The translations under genes and the position numbers were made by a program. Below, one piece after another: positions 28,415 to 42,849 of a stretch of DNA of 64,000 bases. Every line of letters begins with the position of its first letter. Positions within the stretch are counted from its first letter, which is position 1. The notes beneath the pieces are model-generated. The model had not been told where the DNA came from, made no database searches, and worked only from the letters and a program-made list of their open reading frames with translations. Source of the stretch: Prorocentrum cordatum (taxonomy: Eukaryota); NCBI GenBank assembly GCA_963575745.1, contig CAUYUJ010000001.1, forward strand, positions 1,364,001 to 1,428,000, in the 5' to 3' direction.

Positions 28415-29530
28415 TCCTTCAAAAACCTAAGGAAAATCAATGATTTTAACCTATTCGGGCCTTCCTGGAGGGCGTCTTGGAGGGCTCTTGGGCCGTCTTG
28501 GAGGCCTTTTGCAGGCCTTTTGGGCCGTCTTAGACCATCTTGAGGCCATCTTGGGCCGTCTTGGGTGCATCTTGGAGCCATCTTACCCGTCTTGGAGGCC
28601 ATTTTGGCCGTCTTGGAGGCATCTTGGAGGCCATCTTGGGCCATCTTGGCCGTCTTGGAGGCCATCTTGGGCGTCTTGGAGGCCTCTTGGGCCGTCTTGA
28701 GGCCCTCTTGGGGCCTTCTTGGGGGCCTCTTGGGCCGTCATGGGGCCATCTTGGAGGCCTCTTGGGTGCTGTTGGGGCGATGTTGGGGACCTCATGGGCC
28801 GTCTGGGGCCGTCGGAGAGCTGAAAAGAAGAACATGCCAAAATCCTTCAAAAACCTAAGGAAAATCAATGATTTTAACCTATTCGGGCCTTCCTGGAGGG
28901 CGTCTTGGAGGGCTCTTGGGCCGTCTTGGAGGCCTTTTGCCGGCCTTTTGGGCCGTCTTAGACCATCTTGAGGCCATCTTGGACCGTCTTGGGTGCATCT
29001 TGGAGCCATCTTACCCGTCTTGGAGGCCATCTTGGCCGTCTTGGAGGCATCTTGGAGGCCATCTTGGGCCATCTTGGCCGTCTTGGAGGCCATCTTGGGC
29101 GTCTTGGAGGCCTCTTGGGCCGTCTTGAGGCCCTCTTGGGGCCTTCTTGGGGGCCTCTTGGGCCGTCATGGGGCCATCTTGGAGGCCTCTTGGGTGCTGT
29201 TGGGGCGATGTTGGGGACCTCTTGGGCCGTCTTGGGCCGTCGGAGAGCTGAAAAGAAGAACATGCCAAAATCCTTGAAAAACCTAAGGAAAATCAATGAT
29301 TTTAACCTATTCGGGCCTTCCTGGAGGGCGTCTTGGAGGGCTCTTGGGCCGTCTTGGAGGCCTTTTGCCGGCCTTTTGGGCCGTCTTAGACCATCTTGAG
29401 GCCATCTTGGGCCGTCTGGGTGCATCTTGGAGCCATCTTACCCGTCTTGGAGGCCATCTTGGCCGTCTTGGAAGCATCTTGGAGGCCATCTTGGGCCATC
29501 TTGGCCGTCTTGGAGGCCATCTTGGGCCAA
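28415..29530 (+). repeat. Tandem array of a 428-bp higher-order unit (about 2.6 copies) built from tcttgg-type monomers
   Basis: The marker aaaaacctaaggaaaatcaatgattttaacctattcggg recurs every 428 bp (matching ORF starts at 28440, 28868, 29296). Confidence 0.95.
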
Positions 29531-30160
29531 GTTGGGGCAACAAAGGCATTGACAGATGGATTTTCGGAAACTTGCGGGTGGCCGGCGGGACGGGCCGAAG
29601 CCCACTGGGGAGTTCTTTTAGAAAAAGAACCAAAACCAAAACCTGAAACATCCAGCACGCCGTGCACCCCTGTGGCAAGACCACAGGGGGCGGCGGATCC
29701 AGTGGCCGCCGGCCTATCCCACCACCGTGCGTGGGTGGTGGGTCAGAGGCCTCATGGACGCTGGTAGGGATATCGTGGTTGGCCGGGACCTCTGGGGGCC
29801 TCTTGGAGGCCTCTTGGGGCTTCTTGGGGGCCTCGTGGGCCTCTTGGGGCCACTTGGGGGCCTCTTGGGGGTCCCTTGGGAGTCTCTTGGGGCTTCTTGG
29901 GGGCCTCTTCTGGGCCCCTTGGGGCCTCTTGGAGGCTTCTTCGGAGCCTCTTGGTGCGGGAGGGTGGCACTCGAGTTCGGACCCCCCTCGGAGGCCACGA
30001 TCCTTGTGAGGGGTGTCAAAAAACGCATCCGCCAGAAACTCGCACCCCCCCCCCCCCTCCCCCCTTTCCCCGGCAGAGCCACCCCGGCAACCCCCCCGGA
30101 GGTTGAGGCTCAGCCTCGAGGCTGTAGCTGAGACTCCTTGTAACTCACACGCCGGATCGG

Positions 30161-30205
<45 letters not shown>

Positions 30206-33200
30206 AGCGAGAGATATACTGGATATGCATTGACAACAAATACCTGACACGCCTGTGGGCTGCGCAAGTTTCGAGATCATCCTCTAGGTGGCCAGCCTGG
30301 CGCATTTCCGAAGCAAGTCGTTATTGTAATGGTGGTCGATCATCTTTCTCTTCTTTCACTGATTGTTGAAAGTGTGTATTTCGGACCCCCAGATCCCCAT
30401 CTATTTTACGCGCCCATTCCAAGCAATAGATCCATTCAAATAAGTTCGAAATGTGCTTGGGGGGGGGCGGGGGGGCCTGGTCCTCCAGGCGCCAGGGTGA
30501 CCTCAGAACGGCCCCAGAGGGCGCCAAGAGAGCCCCCAAACTGCACCAGAACACCTCAAGACGGCCATCGAGGCCCCGACGATACCCCAAGAGGGCCCCA
30601 GGACAGCCCAAGAGGCCCCCGCCAAGAGGTCCCCAGGACGACTTTCAAGAGGGCTTCCCTATGCACAAGTCGTTCAAATTCTTTTAGGGTTGTTGCATGA
30701 TTTACGCATTGCCGCCCCGTTCGTCCTCACGACGCCCCAGACGGCCCGAGAGACCGCCAGGATCGACCCAAGACGGCCCAATAGATCCCCAAGCAAGTCC
30801 TAAGACAGCCCTAGAGGCCGCCAAGAGAGCTCCAAGACGACCCCAGAGGCCCCCAAGAAGGCCCCAGGCGCCCCCTGGACGAGCCCAAGGGGCCCCAAAG
30901 ACGGCCACAAGAGGTGCCTGAGAAATACCACCCGAGTTGACGTGTCGAGCCTTCTACCCCACGATGGCCACAAGAGCCCCCAAGAGGCTCCCAAGGCGCC
31001 CCTAACGGGCTCCTAGAGATCCCCAAGAGACCTCCAGAGGCCCCAAGTCTTGGGGCCTCTTAGGCCGAGAGGGCCACACGTTGAGCCAAGAAAAGCGCCG
31101 CAGTTGCCCCGCTCCATTTTCGCATTCGTTGCGGCCCCGGGGCGATTCCACCTCTTTCGGCCGCTCCGCGCGCGCCCCGCGCGCCGCGCACCCTCTCCGC
31201 CTTCGCAGGACGGAGGGGAGAGGGCGCGATCCCGACGCGGTTCATCCAACGCTGAACCAGCCTGCTGGCATTTTTCTTTGTTGATCCGCAACGCTCGAAC
31301 ACCGAGCGCCTTCGACGGAGGATACATTGCGAAACGCGCTTCAAAGGATGGTTGTTATTTTTCCCTCCTCTTTCAGGGGGCGGGCGGAAGCCCAAAATAT
31401 TTCCAACGCCTTCCTATTTCATGATTCGACCCACTCCTTCCGACCGACGGGCACAGCTTGCACGGAGGTCTCAAGCGAAACGCCCAGCCCGGCCTGAGGA
31501 CACGTGGGGTGTTGCGACAGGGAGGAACCAGATGAGCGACGCAAAAAAACGGAGTCGTCTGCGCCGACATTGGCGCGTGAGTTGCCCGCGTACGTTCGCG
31601 CGTCAGCGCCCTAGTCTCCAGTGTAGCGTGCCGCGCTGGCGGCCCGCGCAAGCCGCCGCGCAAGGTCCCTACGTCATCTCGCGCAAGACCCGGTTTTGAT
31701 CGGCGCTCGCTGATCAGGGAGAAGGACGGGCCTTTAGGCGAGGATGCGCCCCGAGGAGGATGTGGAGGAGGAGGAGGAAAAGGAGGAGGAGGAGGAGGAG
31801 GAGGAGGAATATGCGACGGAGGAGGAGGCGGAAGAGGTGGCGCATCCACATCCCACCGCCTCGCAGCCTGGACCCCTCGGCCGCGAGCCCACACGTGCGG
31901 GGCGGCTTGTGCGCGATGCCCCGCACAGAGCGTGCCCCCTGGATCGCGCCTCGAGGTCCAGGCTGCGAGGGCATGGAGGCGGGTAGGACCCTCGCTCACG
32001 GGGAGGAGGGGCGCACGAGGAAGCAGAGGGGGAGGCCGACGTCCCTTGTCGTCCCGCGTCGATGTCGCTCCCGAACCCGCGGCAGGTGGCCATGCGAGGC
32101 AAGGGGCGCTCGACGACCGCGGACCTGGAGGCGCCTCCTCGCCGCGCGCGAGAGCCACTGTGCCAGCCGTATTCCGGCTCGGGCCAGGCAGCACTGTTCC
32201 CTCACGTCGCGCGCTGCGAAGGGATGATAGACGTCGTCCATGCGCGCCGTTCATGTCTAATTGCGTCCCGCAGGTCGTCGATGCGGTGCGACAGCAGCGG
32301 CGTGCGCAGTTACATTGGGCCCCCACGGGCCCCCCCCAGAGCCTACTCTTACGCATGGCCGATTCCGCAGGGGTGCGGACCTGGAAGAGGATGAGGGTGT
32401 GTAGCGGAGTGTTCTCTTGCACAGACCACGCCTCCCTGGGTGTGGACAGACGCACAGCCGCGCCCTTTCCCCTCCGTTCCCAATTTCTGTGAAGGATCGA
32501 TTTCCCAACCATCATGATTTGATTGGAACCACAGCTTGAGCATAGCACAAAGCAATTGGTGGTTCTTACCTCTCCTCCCCCAGGGGAAAGAGAAGGGAAC
32601 GATCGAGGAGGGCGGAGGAGGGCAATGACGGAGGCTCCGACATGACGTGTACGAATTAGGGGCCCAAGAGCTCTTGACCCCACCCCTTCGGGCTGATTTG
32701 TCGCGCGGGCTCATTTTCATTGTCATGGGGCCCAACAGCGGCAGGCCCCGGGAACCACAAATTGAAGAAAATGCCCGCCGTGAGGGCTCGGAAGAGGAGG
32801 AGGAGGAGGGGGAGGGACTGGTGTCCAGGGAGGGTCCAGATGGGGGGGGGTGGATGTTCGGTGGAGTACAGATGGCATCCTCATATTTTGGCAGCCAGAT
32901 GTATGTACGCCACTGGATTGGACAGGCGATGCCAGATTTTTGCAGTAGAATGTGCAGAGGCTGCAGTCTCGCTTGTTGTTGTGCGCGGCGATTGTGGAAT
33001 CCCTCATCGTGACGATGTTCTGGTACACGAGCAAAGTTATACCGGTTGCGGGCTGAGTTGAAGTAACAAAGATTTGCGGCCACACAGGCCCTAAGCAGTG
33101 ACCAAATGAAATGGAATGGAATGAGGAGGATCAGTGGGAGGAGGAGTTGGAAGAGGGAGGAGGAGGACGACGACGATGGAGAGGGGGAGGATGAGGATGG

Positions 33201-34487
33201 TTAGAAAGAGGAGAGGACGAAAGAGAAGAAGGAAAAGAAGGGAGAATGCGGAGGAGGAGTAGAAGTAGGAGCAAAAGTATAAGGGGACAGAGGAGGACAT
33301 ACAGAACCCGTAGGCGATTGGGCGCCTAAACCCAGGGAGATGGTCCTTAATGCTGGTGGGCTGATCCCCTCGCAGAGGGTGGCCACCTGATGATGTCCTG
33401 TACGGCCTCTTGGAATGCAGCATTATGTGTGGAGAATCCCCTTATGCTACACGTCCCCCCAGGGCGACGCCACGGACGTGGCGTGAGATGCCCATAGCGT
33501 GCGAGTGCATTCGAATGTAGGGGTCTGGGCTCCCTCACGCTCCCTCGATGTGCTTGAAAAACAACCTCGGTTTACTCCCAAACCTTCTCACCCGTGAGAC
33601 TCCATGCCACGGCGCGAGTCGCATTGCGGCCACTGTGCGTGTCAAATGTCCCGCAGACGACGCAGGCCGTCTGCCTGCGCCCAGGCCCCCAGGCCCCCAG
33701 GCAAGAGCGACCCGACCCAGGCCCCCGTCGTAGAAGTTGAGGAAAGTCCAGGCCCCGGCGCCCGCCACAAGTGCGGCGCACCAACTCCGTGACACTCGGA
33801 CCGGCCCTCTGGGATCCGGCCGGGCCCGCGACGCGCCGAGCCCGAGACCTTCGGGACAGCTCTTGCTGCCGCGGCTTCCGCCCGTCAGCTCTCCCAGAAC
33901 GCCGCAGCCAGAATCGGGGCGCGCCAGGGAGAAATGACAGCATGAGTCACCATTGACTTGTCTGCAACAGGTTGGCCAAAAGTCCCGCAGGCGGTGGGGG
34001 AGGACGAGGAGAATGAGGAGGAGAGATAGACAGGAGGAGGCGTGCGGGAGAGGGGGGAGGGCGCGCCACAGATGATACGGCGCGGCGGAGATGTGCGGTA
34101 GAGCGGGAAAAAGAGGAGGAGGAGGAGGAGGAGGACCAGAGCACACCCAAGGTTCATCAACGACGTTGAATTACACCCTCCCTGCAAGATCCCTCTTTCC
34201 CAGGCCCCTACATGGGGTCATTTCCACTGAGGGAATTGCCCCGTTGGGGGGCAACCGTGTGAACAGATTGAAGCGTGCCAAAACACCATTATCAGGATTT
34301 CAACGCCACGAATTGACCTGACTGTTACGTCTTGACGATCCTGAAAAGTTCCAGAAAACCATTACTTGGACTTCAACACCACGAATCAACGTAACTGTTG
34401 CGCCTTGGCAACCTTGAGTTGCTCCAAAGCATCGTGTCTGGTACGTGAACCATGAGAAGCAATAAAACTCTTGGAAATGTTTGGAAA

Positions 34488-34975
34488 CGAATGTGCGCGG
34501 CGCTCAGGCGAGAGCCACATTTTGGAAATGAACCGCCCTCAACCCGTGAAACTCTTGCACATGTGTTGGTCGAGTGCGCGCGGCGCTTAGGCGAGAGCCA
34601 CATTTTGAAACAAACCACCCTCAAGCTGTGAAACTCCTGCAATGTTTTACAGCGAGTGCACGCGGCGCCTAGGCGAGAGCCACATGTTGAAAGCGAACCG
34701 CCTTCAATCCGCGAAGGTCTTGCAAGTTTTGAAAAGCGAATGTGCGCGATGTTCAGGCGAGAGCCACAGCTTGAAAACCAATTGCCCTCAGTCCGTGAAA
34801 TTCTTGCAAAGTTTGGAAGCTAACGCGCGCGCCGCTAGGGGGAGAAGCACATGTTGGAAACGACCCGCCCTCAATCCGCGAAGTGTATGCACATGTTTAA
34901 AAACGATTTTGCGTGGCACTAAGGCTAGAGCCACATGTTCAAAGCGACCCGCCCTCCATCTGCGAAGTTGTTACC
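34488..34975 (+). repeat. Degenerate minisatellite, about 83-bp unit, about 6 copies
   Basis: ggcgagagccaca core at 34507, 34590, 34672 and 34756, with weaker copies near 34838 and 34923. Confidence 0.88.
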
Positions 34976-36599
34976 CACGTTTTAGCATCAGGGTCATGAA
35001 TGGTGAAGAAGTCGCAGGTGAATCGCCCGGCCCGCCCTTTCGACCAGCCTCGGGGTGCGACAGGCAGGAGTCATCTGCAAGGGAAAAGAATGGAGGAGGA
35101 GGAGGAGGAGGAGGCGCAAGAGAACGAGGAGGGGAAGGACGAGGAGGAGGAGGAGGAGGAGGGGGCGGAAGAGCGGGAAGAGTTTGAGGAAGGGAGGGGC
35201 GCAAGGAGGGGCTGCCCCCGGCCAGGTGCTCGTCCGTCGCAATCCCTCAGCTGGCGCTGGCGCCGACGCTGGGGCCGAGGATCGGCGAGGGGGGGGCCCT
35301 CGGCGGCCGCGCATCACGGTGGCGGCGATGGCGCGCGGCGAAGCCGGCGTCGCACGAGCGGGGCGGGGCTGCCGTCTGCCAATGGGGTGTCGTTGTTGGG
35401 CATGGTGGTCTTCGTGCTCCCGCTGTTGCTCGAACGTTGCACCCGTTGTGAGCCAGAGCTTTTTTCAAGCTCATCTGGGCCTTCTGTAGCCCTCCGATGG
35501 GGTCAAGGTTGGCGCGGGCCTTCCGAGCCGGCGGGGGTGGTAAGTGCTGCTCCCGCCCCAGGTCCTGACCCCCAGAGGTACACATGCAGAAGTCCCCGCA
35601 GGCCTCCAGAGGCTTCGCCAGTCCCGACCAGGGCCACAAGCGATCGAAAGCCTCCTCCCCTCGGCCCTCGAGGGTCGAAGGCAAAACTTGGCAGGCGGGG
35701 GCCCGGACCTCCTGGCGTCGTGGTCCCGCCCGGTGCCGGCGGCTCTTCTCGCCTCTTTTCGCCTCTTTCGGCCCTCGGGGGCCCCAAGGGCGGTCAGCGA
35801 AGGTTGCCCTCGGAGCAAGATGCTGGTCCTTGGGGGCAGGGCGTCGGACGTCCGCCGCACCCCCCCGCTTCGAATAGATATCAACGTTCGGAGCTCTGCG
35901 CGCATTTCTCGGATCCGCGCGTCTGGGAGGAGAGAGGAGGGAGGAGGAGGAGGGAGGAGGAGGAGGAGGAGGAGGAGGAGGAGGAGGAGGAGGAGGGAAT
36001 AGGGAGGAGGGAGGAAGTAGGGGAAGCAGACAAGAGGCAAGGAGTGAGAGAGCTGAGAGGAGAGAGCTGCGAGATGAGACGTGAGAAGTGCGAGGTGAGA
36101 GGTGAGACGTCTGAGGTGTGACATGTTAGAGGCAGGGGAGCGGAGGGGGAAGGCAGGATCGCCGCTAACAGTCCGCAAGATCAACAAATAGCAGGAAAGA
36201 GGTATAAGGTGGTTCATGAGGCGGGAGGTGCGTGAGATGCACGATCTGTCATATAGGCATTCTTTTCGTCAGCGGCGAGGCGGCGAACTCCGCTCCAGCG
36301 AGAAGCTAGAAAGAGGCACTAACTAGCGAATTAGCCGGCGGGCAAGGAGGGAGGGGACGGGACGGCCGAGAGGAAAAAGGGACGCTCAGATGTCGAAGAG
36401 TTCGACGATGAGCAGACGGGGGGGGTGGGGGGGCAGCAGCAGCCAGGCGCGCAGGGCCAGAGCGCGGTGGGCGGCCGTGGCAAACCACGGTGGCAAGGGT
36501 GGCGGGAGGGCGGCTGCCAGCAGCTAGAGCTGGCGGGCGGGCGCAGTGGGACGCCACGAACGGCAAAGGTACCGCGGCTCCCCGAGGAGTTGGCACAGC

Positions 36600-37304
36600 A
36601 CTGAGCCGTGCGGAGGCAGGAGCAACGCAGCCAGATGGCTGGCAGTGACAGGGGCATTGCGGCGAGACCGCCCAAGGGCGCGCCAGGTGGACAGGGGGCC
36701 GGGAGAGGTAGGGCAGGAGGCGGCGGGCAAAGCGTCCCAGGCGCCCGCAGGCGGCGGGGCGGAACAGCAACGCAACGGGAAGAGGAAGCGCGGGGCTGCC
36801 AGAGGTGGCAACGCAGCCAGATGACTGGCAGTGTCAGGGGTGTGGCGGCGTGACCGCCCAAGGACGCGGGTGGCCGGAGGGCAAAGAGGGGTGGGGCAGG
36901 AGGCGGGCGAAGCGTCCCAAGCGCCCGCAGGCGGCGGGGCGGAACAGCATCGCAACGGGAGGAGGCAGGGCGGCGCTGCCGCGGAAGGAGGGGAGCACCG
37001 AAAGGTGCAGAATCTGGCTGGCAACGCAGGGCGGCCCAATTGGCGGTCCAGCGTGGTGGGTTCAGCAGAGAAACACCGAAATGGCGCAGGGGACAGCGAG
37101 TGAGCGACGCGCGTCCCAAACGCGATGTACGTCGCGAGGGGGCGGCGGCGGGGAGCACCGAAAGGTGCAGAAGCCGGGTAACGACGCTGGGCGGCCCAAT
37201 GGGCGATCCAACGCGGTGCAGCAGAGAAGCACCGAAACGGCGCAGGGGACAGAGAGTGAGCAACGCGCGTCCCAAACGGGAGGTACGTCGAGATGGAGCG
37301 GCGG
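36600..37304 (+). repeat. Degenerate tandem repeats (about 180 bp and 120 bp) running into the assembly gap
   Basis: Recurrent gcgcccgcaggcggcggggcggaacagca, gggagcaccgaaaggtgcagaa and gggcggcccaat. Confidence 0.8.
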
Positions 37305-37404
37305 NNNNNNNNNNNNNNNNNNNNNNNNNNNNNNNNNNNNNNNNNNNNNNNNNNNNNNNNNNNNNNNNNNNNNNNNNNNNNNNNNNNNNNNNNNNNNNNN
37401 NNNN
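37305..37404. other. Assembly gap (100 N)
   Basis: Run of exactly 100 N. Linkage across the gap is by scaffolding only. Confidence 1.
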
Positions 37405-40400
37405 TGTCCTGTCTCTTTCCTGGTTGGAGCCTACACTACCTCATCTCCTTGCCAGAGCCATCCTGAAGTCTCTGCCCATCTTGTTTCCTTGGCCAGGCGT
37501 GACTGGCACTCTCTCACGCATCCGCTTGCTGCTAAGCGCTTCCGGGATTGCCACACGCTCTTGTCAGCGATTCTGGGAGGAGCATAATGTTGTAAGGAAG
37601 TACGCGTCGGAGGGACTGGTGTTAGTTCGCAAGGATCAAGAGCACAGCCCAGTATCGATATCGGCTCCATCTGTGCCCGACTGAGGCGTGGGTACTTCTA
37701 CAGATGAGCGGCGAATGTACCTCACGAAGAGTCTTTTGCACGTGGCCATCAGGGCCGTATTGTTTGTGGGGCGGGGCGATGGCTCCGAAAACGTTCAATG
37801 CGAGTGCCAGTGGCCGGGACCCTGTGTATAACCAATTGGGTGTGCTCAGGAGTTTGAGCGTCCACGCTTATGTGGCAGCGTGCGCCGATAAGGAACAGAG
37901 GAGGGAGGGAGGGAGGGAGGGAGGGAGGAAGGGAGGGAGGAGAAGTATGAGGTGGAGTCGGAGGATGGTGAAGAGCATATGTCGCTACGAGATGACCGTC
38001 TATCTTCTTGATGTTGCGTCGGCCGAGCTCTTGTCTGGTAGACTGGTAGACGCGGTACTGCAGCTCCCAGTCGCACGCTTCCAGATGACAGAGCAGACAG
38101 GGGGCAATAAGATGGGATGCAGTAGTCACGTCACATGAGAAACTTGCGTGTTGACAGCAGGTGCCCCACAGAAGCTTTAGTTCCGCCAATGGACCTGGGG
38201 GCCCACAAACGCCCTGTGGCACATCAGGAAGCGCCAATGTCGACGACAGAAGTGCCCCCAGGTTTTTTTGTAGCAACATTTATTATTGTATGCGTCTACT
38301 GTGTGGGAGTACATTCGGACCGAGGTGTCAGATCGAGATCGGCTCGGGGAGGGTATACTCTAGTGTTCTTCGTGCTTGTTGGTTCTTCTGGTGCATCCTG
38401 GGGAGGGTACCGATCTGTTTGTTTTAGCCGCCAGAGGGTCCCATGTTCTTGAGGGATGTTCTTCTGGCCTGGGTCCGACTGTAAGGAGCGAGGAAGAGCA
38501 GCGGCGTGATGGGCACGAGGGCAGGCAGCAGCGGAAACCAAGCAGAGAGCTCCGGCACCATCGTGCCGAGGATGGTGTGGACCGGAAGAGCAGCGCATGC
38601 CGAAGCTCACCGAGCGCGTTCCACTATTCGCAGAGTGTCTATTCGCAAACGCCCGAAGAACAAAATGTCGTTCTCTCTGTAATGGTTCGTAGATCTCCCG
38701 CGGCGGATCCAGGCCAGTTGCGACCAGCTACTTTCTGAGCATTAGAACGCGCTCGTCGAGGAAAAGCAGCGCATGCCGAAGCTAAGGTCCCAGACCCTCC
38801 AGCACAGCCTTCACGCGGAAGGCTCGAGGGGCAGAACAGCGGATGGTCGCAGTCCCTGCAGTCATGGGTGCAGTGTGGCACACGGGTGGCCTTTTGGGGG
38901 GTGGGGTAGGGGATAAGAAGACATGGTGAGAGAGGGGCAGCTAAGTGCACGTCGGGATGGAGTATTTCCGCTCCCGCGCATCCTCTCAATGTCGGACACG
39001 CGTGCGTACATCTCGTTGGGGTCCAGCAGCCACCTCTCGGCCCCCCGCTGGAACGAGACGTCGTTGACGTGGCCACTCTTCCTTTTTCTCGGTATTGTGC
39101 CTGTTCCACTTCGTGCGCAGCATCCCCTGCTTCAGCCCCTGGGTGTGGCCGTGACGCCGACCCGCGCCCGCTGCCAGGGGTGCCCCACTGGCTGCCCTCC
39201 CCTCCCTCCCTCCTCCCCCGCGGCCGCTTTCGCCTATCTGCCACTCCTCCTGACGACGGTCAATTTGCGCTTCCGTTGCCTGGACCGCCTGAGCGCGCGT
39301 GCGGACTGCCTCTGCCGCGCTGCGACGCTAAAAAGCGTACATCTCGTTGCGCTCTTCACGTTCTTCTTCTTCTTCTGGTCGTGGGGGGGTCCAGTTGGGC
39401 CGGGCTTCGGGGGCCTGCGTGGGGGCCTGGGGGTGTCATCCCCCGGGGGCCCGCGTAGGCCCAGCTGGGGCCCAGGTACGGTAGGATCATGCCGTTTCGA
39501 CGCGGCGGCGACGCCCATGCGGGCGTTCAGGGTTGCCAGGCACCAGCGGTCTGAAGTTGGCTCGTATGGAGCGATGTACAGCTTCGTGGGAGTATTACAG
39601 TGGGAGCCCATGTCAAGAAACACCCTGCTTGCCTCCAGGGTGCCCTGGGTTTCTTGGGTTTCGATGGTTTTGCTATGGGAAGCGTGGCGTTCCCTCACCA
39701 AAAATCAATGCACGTCCTGGGATCTCAGGGTTGGGTTTCTTGTGGAAGGTTTCTTGTGGTCGGGCCTCCATTGCATTTTATCGCCAGTCCACTGGCCGAC
39801 GCCGTTTTGCAGCCTGCCACTTGCTGGTGAGGGCGAGGCGATGTGCGCGGGCTTGCGCCACATGGCTTATCCCACACAGCTTCCATTACACATTATATTG
39901 CACCACGTAGCTTGCACCGCCTCGCTTGCGCCACATACAGTGGGGGCGCGCATCAAGAAACCATCTGGTTATCGTCGGGATATCCTTTGTTTCTTCGCTC
40001 CGCGCGCTGCGCGGTGACGTTCCGCAGCCGTTGAAGAAGCTGCTGCGTTCAGGGTGCTCCAGGTTTCCCCTCAGGTGCATCTTGTGCGCGGGTTCTCAGG
40101 GTTCGGTTTCTTGCGAAGATGTTTTGCGGCCGCGCCCGCACTGTAGCTTGCACCACATACAGAACACAACATACTTAGCGACAAGTAGATTGCAACACGT
40201 GGCACCTGCCCCAAACCAAGCCAAACCAGATCCCTAATCAGGCACATTCTGAGGACGCCTCAGTGTCTCAGGCGGGGCGCCCGGCCAAACCACGCCGAAC
40301 AAGGGGCCAAACCAGGCAAGTTCCGACGAGGAAGTCCCGAGCGAGACGTCCTAAGCCAGGCTCCACCCACTCTTCTTATCAAGAGGCACGCACGCCGTAG

Positions 40401-42849
40401 CTCCTGCACGAGGGATCGGGCCGAACGACAGAGAGGATAGGGACAGGGGGGGTTACGAAATCTGCTGCATGCAGCTGGTTTCGGCCCCGCCGCCGGGCCC
40501 ATTCCTCGATACATGGGCGCCTCCCGGCGCCGGGAGGCGCCGGGAAAATCAGCTGCGTGAGCTGATTCTCAAACCCGCCTTTTGCTATCCCCCCTTTCGC
40601 CCGGCCCGAGAGGGAGCGGCCAGGGAAAGGACGTAGAAGGGCCAGGGACAAGGAAGTCAGAGAGGCCCGAGGTTGCTGGGGTGGCGAACGACAAGGGAAG
40701 GGGCTCCGCGCCTCAGGGCCAGGCGGAGGTCAGGGAGGTCCGGATTGGCCAGGGAGGCGGACGACGTCGCACTGCGCTAAGCCAATCGGCCAGGGGCTAG
40801 GGCTCGGGCCCGACGACCTCGGCCACGGCCACGGCAACGAAATCAAGTGGCACGCGTGCCATGGCTCTTGCACATGACGGAGGGAGGAGGAGGAGGTGGA
40901 GGAGGAGGTCGAGGTGCTCCGAGATGGCCTCCAAGATGGCTCCAGAGAGCTCAAGACGGTTGAAGGTGGCCCCCATCATGCCTCCAGAAAGGCCCCAATA
41001 GGGCCACAAGACGGCCCCAAAAGCTTTCGGAGCACCCCCAGGACCCTCCCCGGACGCCCAAATCTGTCAAGTTGTTGCTTGACTCTTTTTTGGCTTTCCA
41101 ATGGTCTTTTCAAGCCTTCAGGCTGGGCTGGCTGGGGTGGAGGGCGGTGCCGGTGCCATGCGTGCCGAATCAAAGTGGTCGGGGCGGAGGGGGCGCGCTG
41201 GCGTGGGGGGAGGGGGAGCTGGGGCAGCTGTTTTGGGGGGGAGAACGGGGGCGCCGTGCAGGAGCCGTACGTGCGTGCCGAAATAGCTCGGTCAGGGCGG
41301 AGGGGGCGCGCTGGCTGGGTAGAGGGGGAGCTGGCCTCGCTGGTGGGGGTTGGCGGTGCTGGTGCTGTGCGTGCGTGCCGAAAGAACCCCGCTAGGTCTT
41401 TAGACCCCCTCCCATCAGTTGGAAGCTCGTCATCTTTTCGGCGTTCTTGTTGACGGACTGGGATCTCACCAAAAGTGGAAAATTGCACCAGAGGAGAACC
41501 CTAACTAGTGGATGGTTTGACAATTTGGTAAGCACCACGCCTGGCCGCAGTTTCGCCGTAGGGCCCGAAGAGGCCCTATAGACTGATTCTTTATAAATAT
41601 TGGAGCGGTTGTGACATTCTCACCTTTTCGGGCATCCGTCGGTTCCTCCAAGGTAGACGACCTCAGAGGGCCCGTCGACGGCCGTCTACAGCCCCACTAC
41701 GGCCCCGCGACTGCCCGAAAAGACCTAGCAGACGACGACGAGGTCCCAAGACGGTCCAGTTGAGTTTCAAGACCGCTCCACGGGAGCCCAGGACAATCCC
41801 GGGACGGCCCGAATGAGCTCGCAGAAGGGAGGTCGAGAGGTGCTGGACGTGACGGCGTTTTTCTTATGCCTCCTCTTGCCAATGATTATTGTTATCAGCA
41901 TCACCGTTCATCAATACCATCATGATCATCATCATCAGCAGGAACATCATCGTCAACATGCTCACTCTCATCATCCTGATCGTCATCCACATTGTCGGCA
42001 TTGGGGCTTCGTTGTCGTCGTCATCGCCATTCGACCTGCCGGCACCCAGCTGGCTCTGCTGGCGTGGCGGTGGTATTTGCCGCAAGGCGTCCGGACATTC
42101 GCGGCATGGACTCGTACAAACACGAAAGATGCATGCGAACACACAGGAGCTGGCGCTCAGACGCGACAGTGCGTGCGTCCCTATGCCATAGAAGCACTGC
42201 GACGAAACACAAGCAGGTCCAACCTGTCCGGCGCAGCACACGAAGGATGATTAGGAAATGCACGATACGGACGGGACATGTTTTCGGTCATGCGATTCCC
42301 CTGTGATGATGAGCAAATGTTGTTGGAGAGTCCCAACAACGTTGTAAGCGTAGGTGGTCTAGTGAATGCTTCCTTTCCTCAACCACCGTCTACTTTTCCT
42401 TCTGGGAGGGGCTTATCTCTGCTCCTTATCGAAAGACACCCCCTCTCCTACCTGATTCGGGTCACAGTCGACGCAGTGATACCGCACCTTATGCGAGATC
42501 TCTGAGATCCCCGTGGTCACGTCTCGTCGTTCTACTCCTTCTACTCGTCGTCGCCCTGCACGTCCTCATCCTGCTCCTGGTCCTCGTCCTCCTCGTCCTG
42601 GTCGTCGTCCTCGTCGTCCTCGTTCTCGTCATCCTCCTCCCCTTCCTCCTTTTCTTCGTCCTCCTCCTCTTCCTCGTCCTTCTCTTCTTTCTCCTTTTCC
42701 TAGTCCTCGACCTCTCTCCCTCGACCTCGTCCATCTGCTCCTGTTCGTCCTCGTCCTTGTTGTCTTTTCCCTCGTTCTTGTCCGCGTCATCCTCGTCCTC
42801 CTCCTTGTCCTGCTCCTCCTCCATCTCTTCCCTCCTCCTTGCTGTATTT

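Noticed and set aside
28405..29767. Repeated MASKTAKMAQDG / LGGLLGRLGG ORFs
   Set aside because: These are products of the tcttgg satellite and its 428-bp unit, with no evidence of coding function.
31080..31094. Partial SL-like match on the minus strand (ttggctcaa)
   Set aside because: Only 9 nt match and no recognisable gene follows, so it is compatible with chance.
31373..33600. GC-rich ORFs and a possible RTE C-terminal remnant near 32870-33085
   Set aside because: No convincing motif series or splice-consistent exon chain could be built by eye.
34488..34975. Regularly spaced repeats resembling a CRISPR array
   Set aside because: The repeats are degenerate, the intervening sequences are homologous to each other rather than unique spacers, there are no cas genes, and the context is eukaryotic.
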